This document shows, in pieces, positions 53,792-64,000 of a stretch of 64,000 bases of DNA. The notes beneath the pieces were generated by a model. The model made no database searches and was not told the DNA's origin. It worked only from the letters and a program-made list of their open reading frames with translations. Positions within the stretch are counted from its first letter, which is position 1. Every line of letters begins with the position of its first letter. Location of the stretch: positions 8,184,001 through 8,248,000 of the forward strand of contig CP075497.1 of the NCBI GenBank assembly GCA_021613535.1. Direction: 5' to 3'. This DNA is from Adineta vaga (taxonomy: Eukaryota > Animalia > Rotifera). The position numbers were made by a program, and so were the translations under genes.

Positions 53792-55759
53792 TTATGTTAA
53801 TGCATTTTTCACCGTTTCCTTTGCTGTTTGTTTGACAACTCTTTTTGCAATCTAAATAAATAATAAATACGATTCAAGATCGATTCTTATTTTTCGATTC
53901 AATTCTTACAGATTTTGGACCTAGACCTTGAATATGGTATGCTGTTAATGCAGTATTTCCAACCGCATAAGCTGCATTTTCTGTTAGAACAGAAGCATCT
54001 TCACCATATCTAAAGGCAAAAAACTACTGCTTCGAGAGACAGAGAGAAGGTAAGTTCCATTTTACTTATATTTCACAACACTGATACTTTCATCAGCTAA
54101 ATTCTTTGCTAAATGTTTCGCAGCATTTTCGCAACTTTCAAAGATAATACCGAAACCTCGAATAAAAGCAATGATTTATATATGACTAATACATTAATGA
54201 CACTACTTACTAGCCAACCCAGCATGTCCAACACCTTTTAATCCACCTAATTTCACTACTTCAATACTACCATCTGGTTGAACTTTCTTCTGAACTTTAC
54301 CAAAATTAGGTGCAAATGTTCGTGCTAAACCAAGTGTCATATCACCGATTTTTGTTACTGAATTGAAAAAAAAGGTAAAGAACGACTTTTCTACTCTCTA
54401 AAAATTATACATACCAACGAAACTACTTGCTTTCACAGCAACTTCCGACGTAGATCGAAGACCACGAGCTGTAACATGTAAACCTCGAGGTATTTTAACT
54501 GGTTCAGCATTGGGTACGACTTTATCATGTACATTTTTCGATACATGGCCGATCAAATTCTCAGCCATACCAACACCAGTTGCTAACTGTTTTGTAAGAA
54601 ATCGTGTTCCTAAATCAAATATTCATCATTAATAAAATAGTCGTTCATACAGATTTCTTTATCTCACCAGTCATCAAAGCTGCTGCAAGTTTTCCTGATT
54701 TTCTTGTTGTATCATATGGTAAATCTTCCTGTGCGGCAGTGACTTCTTCTCCGAGTATCTCTGCATTAGTGGCAGCTCCTTCGCGTGTGGTTGCTGTGAT
54801 GGATTCACCATACTAAAACACAATTAAAAAAACGTAGACAAATAAAGTGAGACAAAATAAAAATGATTTACTGTGGGTGTTCCTTGTTGAGCCATAAAGA
54901 CAGAATATCTCGAAAGAATATCTTCAAAATAACTACGAATCTCTGGTGCGATTGTTTCATCAAACATAAGACCAACAAATTCACCTTTGATAGAATATAT
55001 AAATATATATATATATACATGTAGAAATCAAAAGATGTTTTCTTACCAACTGATGTATTATTTGGAAAAATATATGCATCATAACCAGTTTTAAATGCAG
55101 GTGATACTTTTGGATGCAATGGGTAAATCCAAGTACCTAATTTCAATAAACCACAAGTTTCTCCATCTTCACTAAAAATAAAGTCACAAGTAAATCTTTC
55201 CTTCAGATATTCAATGAGCGATCAACATACGTGACTTGATAAAGAGTCAAAGGTAATGTTTCGGATGTTGTTTGAATTGATCCATCTTTTGCTAGATAGA
55301 AAAGTTTTGCACCAGCATCAAGTTGAAATAAAATATTAGCATTGCTTTCAGTTGGTCCTTATCACTCGTAACAGGTTGAAATGCTGATGAATCATGAAAA
55401 ACTTGTTCAGATTCTTCATTCGAATTTTGATCTGAATTTACTTGGCCAGTATGAGATGACAAGTGTTCAACCATATTTTGATAAAAATCATCCGAATTTG
55501 CTGTTTGATTTTTCCGTACTGATGATTGAAGTAATAATTGATTAGCATTACGTTTCACTGAGGTAAGTTCATCATCAACTGCGGATGTACCTTCATGTGA
55601 ATTAATCAATGAAACAACACGTCGATAGAGAACAGCTGCTTCATCGTGTCGACGATTTTGTTCTAATTGACTGGCTCGTTGTAAATATTCATTTGCTTCT
55701 CGTTTAAGATTTGCTGGTGTTGCTTCTGGTCGAGGACGAAGCTTTTCCAATGTAGCCAT
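53792..55759 (-). CDS. SPART: Spartin (MIT-like N-term + senescence domain); apparent 1-nt frameshift at ~55359
   Basis: MIT-like helices, ILFQLDAGAKLFYLAKDG, LGTWIYPL..AYIFP, senescence domain CENAAKHLAKNLADESISVVKYKYGEDA..GNTA..GLGPK. Confidence 0.78.
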
Positions 55760-56829
55760 AATCAAACTTGTATGTCCTTCTTCCGAAAAACAGATATATG
55801 TTTTTGTAAAATTATCGAACGGAATAAATGCAAAAACTATGAGTAAAAGAAACACGAGTATTTTGTCAATATGACTCATATTTCAAGAGGTTTGCACAGG
55901 AATTCTTCTTAAGTAACCATGGATAAACATTGATCAAAACTTTAAAGCAACTTTTTTTTATTGAATATTTATAAAAGAGATGTCGTTAGTTAGTGATATA
56001 AATGCCAACAAATTCGATTGTTTTATGCATGAAACATATTATCTACTATAAGATATCTAAATCTGATATTTTTGTATAAATTCATAAAGTATTTCAACTT
56101 CATCAGTAGTATTTTGGTGATAATCTGACGACTTCAAGATAAACACATAATAACATGATCAGATCAAGATCGATCTCAAGCATAAAAAGTCATAACACTG
56201 AAAGTTGAATATTTCCTTTCAAACAGGTGTAACATTAGCAAACGCAGTTAAGTCAAATTATTCTTGTGAATTTTCGATACTTTTCTTTTCTCTATATACG
56301 GTCTTATTTGAGAATTATCTTCGACGAGATTTTGTATATAAAAATTTGCAATCTTTGTGGTATTTCGTGATTGAAAGAATGTATCGAAGGTATGCGAAGT
56401 ATTACTCATCAAAAGAGAAAGAAAAACATATTTCTATATATATATATATACGCTCTCTTCGCATATAAAAAAAGAACTAAATCATCATCATATCTTATTC
56501 ATGAAATTTTCTGTTGTATATTGAACACTTGTATTTAGTCGAATTAAATTATGTTGTTTTTCTTTTATAGTCTTGAAAGGCAAAGTTTTATTTTCTATTT
56601 CCTTGAAGAAAGAAAGAATCTGATCTTTCTTATAATTGAAAAAGAAAAGAACAAGAAAAAACTCAATTTTTTCCTTTTACATAGTCTTTCAATAGCAACG
56701 TGGGTATATATAACGAGTAATCATACTTTGTTTTTGATAGAACAAATAGTTGGAAAATACCATTTGAATATGAGATTTGCAATTACTTTTCATGAATGAT
56801 ATTTATGTTTTTTTAGATATCCATTTTAA

Positions 56830-58138
56830 ATGGCTCAAAATATTGAATTGATAACATTGGGTTCGAAAAAACTAGCAAATGAAACATCAGAATGTATACC
56901 AGTAGCTCATAAAAATATGTTAACAGTGGATCAACTTCATGATTATTATCGTCAGATACCTGATTCGAATTTCTTTGCTGTACTTGTATTTGATTCGAGC
57001 AACTCAATTCTTATGTTAATTTTGACAGGAATAGAACGAAGAAAAGATCAGTTAATTGGCATTTTTATTTGTGCAAATTCAGATGACACATTGAATTACA
57101 CTACAACAAATATATATCATATTTCTAAGACACTCATTGCTTATAAAATAAATTCAACTATTTCACGTTTTCTTGAATGTGAATGTATAAAACAATTCGA
57201 GAGATATCGATTGGAATCTGGTATGGCTCTTGAAGAACAACGAAGACATTTAATGAAACACTTAGGCACAAATAAACAGGTACATTTCAATCAATTTTTC
57301 AATTATATCCAAAATAACCATATTCTTTGTATATATTTAGTTCAAAGCTTGTCATATATTATTAATTCCATTGAATACAACACCAAAAGCCTTGCATACA
57401 GCTAAACAACGTCTGAAAAACATTTGTTCGTAATCAATAATGATTTTACTTATTATTAAATCGATTTTCTATTTTAGGTTATGATTTATATGGTAGAGAA
57501 TATACTTTTCGAATTCATACGCTTTATAATTATATACCTGAAGATGAATCAAATTCTGAGAATTCAAATTATGAAGATTATTTAAAAAGATATTATGGAG
57601 ATGATATTTGTTGTTCTATTATGGATTTATCAGTAATGGTCTTTTGTCTCGTTGGCAATTTATCAACAATCGATAATCAATGGAGTCAAAAATTAATTGC
57701 TAGTCATGTAGATACTGATGAAAATCGTTTAGCAGAATATTTTGGAAAGTTGACATTCATTATTGATCAACCTGTACCAAATCAATATTACCAAGATCTG
57801 CTTCCTCGATTTGGTGCAACATGGCAGATACCAAGTACTATACCTACACTATTGAATAATCTCAAAGATGATATTTATTTTCAAACTGTGTTACAATCGA
57901 TAAGTGGTATACTCGAGAATCGTGAAATGGCTGCAAATTATAAAATAAAACAACGATCGTTAAATATTTCAAATCATATGGTCGCATTTGGTTTGAACGT
58001 ATGTATACATATATATATATGATATTTTTATGAACTAGATTGTTCTTTTATGTATAGGAACAGCCCATTCAACAAGCACAAAATAGTCGTGAAGAAAAAG
58101 AAATTGTAGGAGATATTGAAAGCATGATTTTATCGTGA
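56830..58138 (+). CDS. Uncharacterised protein, paralogous to the N-terminus of the downstream ART gene; 4 exons
   Basis: Exons join in frame through GT-AG introns; shares CHILLIPLNT motif and two intron positions with gene at 58560. Confidence 0.6.
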
Positions 58139-58559
58139 AAGTAGAATATTTTTGTACATCTCGTTTGAGATATAAAATCTTTTTTCATTTTTTATTCGCA
58201 TCTATATAGAATTGATGCAATTTGACTAATGTGAATAAACTATAATCAAAAGTGTGATGTTTTGTTCTCATCGGATGAATCATTATCTTTGAATTGTTTT
58301 GTTTTGCATCTGATTTACTTAGAGAAATACACACGTGTATACACTTGGTTTTTTCCCCGCAACTAAAACTAGAGAACAGAAAAAAAATCTATTCGAAGAA
58401 ATATTTATTATCGAGTACGACTTTTTTTTCATTACTTTAGCACAAAAGAAAAGCATAGAAATGTGCATTTTGAAAACGTATTAGTGCTGTGCTATCTCAT
58501 GCAAAAAGAAATACTTCCTTGTTTATTTGTTTTCTATTTTAGATCATTTTTACTTGACT

Positions 58560-61500
58560 ATGACAGAAATTGAACCAAAAGTTATCATTTTAGCTAATAT
58601 TGATACTTTTGAATCATTTGAAATTTTATTACCTATCCCATTATTAATAGTTTATAATGAACATTCACTTATTACCAAGATTAGTAATAGATCAAATCAA
58701 CTCAATTCAAGTTTACAACGATTTTTTATAATTTGTCTGAAAACAATTGAAACCGATGAAGATGAAATCTTTAATAAAATAGAAGAAAATCCTGAGGTTC
58801 TTACAGTCTTTCATATTTGGAATGATGAATCAATGCCAATATTTAAATATACAAAAGCGTATTATATTCAAAAAGAATTAATTACGATAGCTGTGACATG
58901 TAAAACGATTGAATTTTTGAAAAACGAAGCTGACATACAAACGAAATTAAATCAACTGACTTTGACAAAACTTTATATGAGAAAAGCTGAAAAAATTAAA
59001 GAATGGTTAATGTCAAATATGAGAGTATGTTTATCGATTGAATTCACTTTCTAACTTTTGATTTTTTTTCTTTATAATAGGCTGAACCATGTCATATTCT
59101 TCTAATACCTCTCAATACTAACGTATCGAATTTATTGGGTTGTATTCAATATTTAAAACAACATTGTAACAATATGAAATAATTTTCATGATTTGTAATC
59201 TTTCTTGTTCTCTTCATTTAGGTACTAGCTTAGGTTATCCATCAACCAGCATACGTATACTTGATGAATATATTCCAAAAAGTGAACTATACGATAAATT
59301 ACCTTATGGAAAAACTATTTTCGAATATGAACATCCAGAGGTTATATGTGCTTGGTTACGAGACTTATCGCCGATACGTATGTATCTATACGGTAATGAA
59401 CAGTTGGTTGCAAGTGAATGGAGTAAACAAATGATTTTATACGAAGCTGATCATATTGGTAGAGAGATAGTTAATGATGATGATTGGCATACATTTATTG
59501 AAAATGACGCAATTGACGATGATATTAAATGGAATTTTTATGCTAATCATGCTCAAACATGGAAAATAAAAAGAATGACACCAATTAAAGTATGCAATTT
59601 AAACGAAAATCTTCGTTTTCGATCAGCTCTTCGACGTGCACATATTACATATCATACACGAAGATCAACTGTTACAGCACAAATCTATCATTGGTTTGAT
59701 CAATGTTCACAATTTAATTATATTCCACACGAAGTATGTATCAAAAAGATTTCATTCGAAGAAACATCGAATTTTTTCAATCATTTATTTAAGTTTCAAT
59801 TACAACGACACAATAGGCTAACACCACGTTTAAAAAATACAAATGCAGTACAGATCAGCATTCCCTTGTCAGAATTCAATGACAATGTACAATTAAAACT
59901 TTCACCATCTATTTATGAGAAAGATAAAACTCATTATTCTTTACCTTATTTATTCAATCAAACCTGTGAATATATCGCTTATAATTCAAGTCTATATGAT
60001 CAAACCTATATATGGCTTGATGATGTTCTTTACTCAATTGAAGAACGTTTTCATGGTGTAATTCATCCGAATCAATGGATACATTTTACTAAAGTGAATG
60101 AATGTCAAGAATTTATTCAAAATCAACAATTACAATATAATTCAAACATATATTTAATAGCAAAAGATTCACTTGCTGAACAACTATTTACATTTGATCA
60201 TATATCAAGAATTTCTAGTGCTTATATATATTCAAATCAAGATAATTTATTCATTAAGTGGATTAGAAGTTTTCAAGTAATAAGAGGCGTCTATGCAAAT
60301 TTTGATGAACTCTATGACAAATTATGTGTTGATATGGTACGCAGCATGAAAAGAAATTCATGTCCATATCAAGAACAAGTATTTTCTAAAAGATTTCGTA
60401 GTTTAATTTTTAAATATATTGATAATTTGTTTTATTTTCTAGGAATATGAAAGAATATCACCAATTAGTTTTTTTGAATTAGTAGGTGAAGGTCTTCAAC
60501 GTTATCGAGGTTTAACTGATCTACTATTGAAATTACCACGAAAATCAGATGCTAAACGAGAATTAATTGATGAACTTCGTCGAACATCCAATGAAATCAA
60601 TTTATCAACTGATAAGATCGATGAATTCGAACGAAATTATTCTTCAGATGCAGCTATTCAATGGTATACACGAGAGAGTTTTGTATATCGTCTTGTCAAT
60701 CGTGTCTTGCGCTCTGATAATTTGGATTGGATAATTAAATTTCGATTACTTATAACGGATTTATATGAAGCATTAGCTGAACTTCATAAACAAATCGATT
60801 CGGATAGCTACTTAATGCAAACAACAACGACATTCTATCGAGGACAATTACTATCGTCAAATGAACTCAAACAATTAAAACAAAATATTGGATGTTATAT
60901 ATCAATCAATGCATTCTTTTCGACTTCATTATCACTTGATATTGCATTATCATTTGTTGGAGGATATGCATTAGAAGATGTAACAGGATTCAAGCCAGTT
61001 CTATTTAGCATTGAAGTTGATCCAAGAGTTAAAGATACTCGACCATTTGCAGAAATTAAATCGTATTCAAATTATAAAGATGAAGATGAAGTTCTATTTG
61101 CTCTTGGTTCAATATTTCGTATAGAAAAAATTGATATGCTCTCTGTTAATGATAATATCTTAGTTATACATTTGAAATTGATTGATGAAAATGAATTACC
61201 ACAAACTTCATTAGATATCTTGAAATATATATCTGATCAACAACTTTCTGGTATATTGAAAATATTTCTTTTATTTTGAATTTCTTTGTTTGTTTTTCAG
61301 ATCCAATTTATGCATTTCTTGGTTTAACATCATTATTTCAAACGGATGAACGATCGAAACGTATTAAATCAATATTTGAAGAAGCTGATGTTCGATTTTT
61401 TCATGATACAGACGATTTCGAACATTATACAAAATCGAGCCAAGTCATTCAATCTTTCGTTATTTTGATCAGTAATCAAGCATATATTCCTGCGCAGTAT

Positions 61501-62209
61501 CAACAAACAACGCGTTTGTCATATGCAGAGAATGATACTCATTTCAATGATCTTATATATCAATTAATAAGTGAAATGGAAAAAAATGGAAAATTACAAG
61601 AACTTGTAAAAGATTTACACATGAAATTGGCAAATCTATATTGTCCTTCAAGTAAGCTATTGATGAAAGATAGTATGTGAATGTTAAAAATTAAATGATC
61701 ATTTCTCTTTAGATAACAACATCTTTTATGTACAACTTCTACTTTCTTCGACTTCGAAGAAAGATTGTGAAAATGAATTGAAAACGAAATTTTCATCATC
61801 TTCAATTGTTCCTTTCTATCAAATTGAATCATGTATAAGTTTTCTTCGATCTTTAGAACAATCATCAAAACTTAGTAATGCGGTGTTGATACTTCAAAGT
61901 GATGATGAGAATCTCGATAATTTAATCGATCAATTGGAAGGAATCAATTCTATTAAATATATTTATTTATGTTCAAAAAATGCTTTGAATGTTAAACCTC
62001 GAAGAATTCTTCATGGTCAATTTTTAAATGAACGTGATCTATATACTCAACTTTATTCCGATCATTTATTCAATGCATTTACACAAACAAATCATCAAAT
62101 TGACGTATACAAAGATAAGAAAGAAGCAACTCGTTATTTTGAACAGACAGAAGAATTCCATCAACTCTTACAAGAACATCTAAAGCAAGAAGAGACTCTT
62201 TCTGATTGA
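58560..62209 (+). CDS. Large multi-domain protein with R-S-E class (arginine-type) mono-ADP-ribosyltransferase domain
   Basis: AIQWYTRESFVYRLVNRVLR, FYRGQ (R), FFSTS (S), YKDEDEVLF (ExE), GSIFRI; flanking exons splice in frame. Confidence 0.82.
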
Positions 62210-62336
62210 TACAATATATATATTTTTTGAATCGTAATTAAATCTAGACATTGTTCATCGTTGCTTCTTTTCTCTGTATTTATAATTCTTATTCGTTTTT
62301 ATTTCAGATTAGACGATCTACAATATATATTTATTG

Positions 62337-62918
62337 ATGGCGACGAAACATTTTGTACTTATTGATAGTACGCCAGAATCTCGAGCTTTAGCCTTTGCAA
62401 ACGACTCTAAATTTCAATCATGGTTACGTACATATACTGATGTATCTGAAGCATTACAATTTCTATCAACAATTACATTACCATATAGTATACAAATATT
62501 TTTAGCAAGAGACAATATTTATAGTCCTGGTCTACCTTCAGAAACGAATGGTCGAAGTCTTACCTTACTTCAAACTCTTTGTGGCTTGCAAGCAATTCAT
62601 CACATTAGTGTCTTTAGTCCAGATATTAGTGAGAGTGTCATCATACAAATTCGTAGTCTGTTTTCTAACCAGCAAATAATAAAAGAAATTCTTTCTGTAA
62701 ATGAACTGCATAGTTATTTGTGTTGTGAAGGTATAAATTATTTCCAGCAACAAATTACTCATCGTACGACTACACAAGAATTTCATCTTATACGTAATTT
62801 TCGACGAAATAGAGCGGAATTGATACGCGGTACCTATCAAGATCATACTGAACAAGGACAACACCTGCAAGTTCTAGAAGATGAATACAGTGATAAACGA
62901 GGTGTACAACAGTCTTGA
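62337..62918 (+). CDS. Uncharacterised 193-aa alpha/beta protein
   Basis: Open ORF with globular composition, acceptor-like TTTCAG 30 nt upstream; alternating strand/helix pattern like the non-catalytic modules of the ART gene. Confidence 0.55.
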   Translation: MATKHFVLIDSTPESRALAFANDSKFQSWLRTYTDVSEALQFLSTITLPYSIQIFLARDNIYSPGLPSETNGRSLTLLQTLCGLQAIHHISVFSPDISESVIIQIRSLFSNQQIIKEILSVNELHSYLCCEGINYFQQQITHRTTTQEFHLIRNFRRNRAELIRGTYQDHTEQGQHLQVLEDEYSDKRGVQQS

Positions 62919-64000
62919 CCAAATGATCATTATCGTCATTTATACAAGATCTTATTTTCAATTGTGATTTAAAACATTCTCCTAGAATCAATTGTGTAGA
63001 GGTGTGTAATTATGGAATTTCATGTTTTCTTTGTTTCAGACTATGTAGAAAGTGTACGTTCTCTCTCTGAAAGTGAAAAATCGAACAGAATCTGTTTTTC
63101 CCTGTCAATCGTCAATATGCTCAGCGAATCTATTCATCTCCATATACAAATGTAATTTTATTTCCCAGTGTGAACATTGTGTTCAAAATGCTTTCATCCT
63201 CCTGTGATATAAGTATTCGAGCTACTAGAGTATTTTACAATACTTGAGGTGATAAGCAGATACTTAGACAATAATAATAGCAAATAACCATGCATTTATT
63301 TAACTTTGTGTATTTTGCACGAAACTTTGCTCATTGCTTTTATCATAGTGCACTTGTAGTGCTAGAGAATTTCTATTACATAGATAGTGTTTGTTTTGTA
63401 TAATTTATTACTGCTATTTGTAAACACAAATATAACGACGGCAGGTCATTTTTATTTTTCTGTATTTTTGATGAAATCCATATTTGAAACAATAAAAGCG
63501 ACGAAAAATAATGAATTTCGAATCATAATATATTTCTTTAGTATTAATCGAGAAATATCAATTAATGTTCTCTACTTATCTTCTGTTGCATCTTTACTCA
63601 AGACAAATATGAATGTGAACATCACGAAAACTTTATTTGAGATTGTCAAATGATCGATAAATGTATATATTATCTTTCAAATAACTTTACTGATGTAGAT
63701 TGAAATGATTTTCTTCGATGGATATGATAGAAATCGACGTCTAGCGACTCCTTTGAACGTCGGCAACGACTGATTCTTCCAATTGCCAATAGTAAATGTC
63801 ATTATGTAATCATCAGCATATCACTGTAGTAAGAATTGTCTTGTTCAATGAAATTTTCATTATCTCAAATAATAATTTGATAATGAGTGGTCTAAGAAAA
63901 TCATCACGGTTACGAAAACCTATTACAACAATCGATCAAAATCTTGATAATGATGATGATGATTTCGAAGACATATCGGTAAATTTGAAATCAAGAAAAT

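Overview
AT-rich, intron-rich eukaryotic (animal) genomic DNA with short (~55-65 nt) spliceosomal introns. Metazoan genes (Dab, ACE, Dpr-like Ig, GPCRs, raftlin-like) together with a non-metazoan-type enzyme (EF-hand NDH-2) and an R-S-E ADP-ribosyltransferase point to a bdelloid rotifer (inference). About 27 protein genes can be reconstructed, plus a 6-copy tRNA-Pro(UGG) array. Most notable: (1) a run of minus-strand genes at 25.2-36.1 kb separated by only 58-183 nt, each with a 3' splice acceptor at or just before its ATG, resembling SL trans-spliced operons; (2) an intronless NMNAT-like + protein kinase fusion gene lying antisense within that run; (3) two convergent, diverged major vault protein paralogs that share near-identical tracts including a whole intron (gene conversion); (4) a tandem histidine-phosphatase gene whose second RHG motif is only restored by a U2-type AT-AC intron; (5) six identical tRNA-Pro genes with a compensatory T53:A61 pair in place of the near-invariant G53:C61; (6) an ART gene with a related upstream paralog. 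Coordinates of spliced genes are start-to-stop spans read by eye; no database searches were run.
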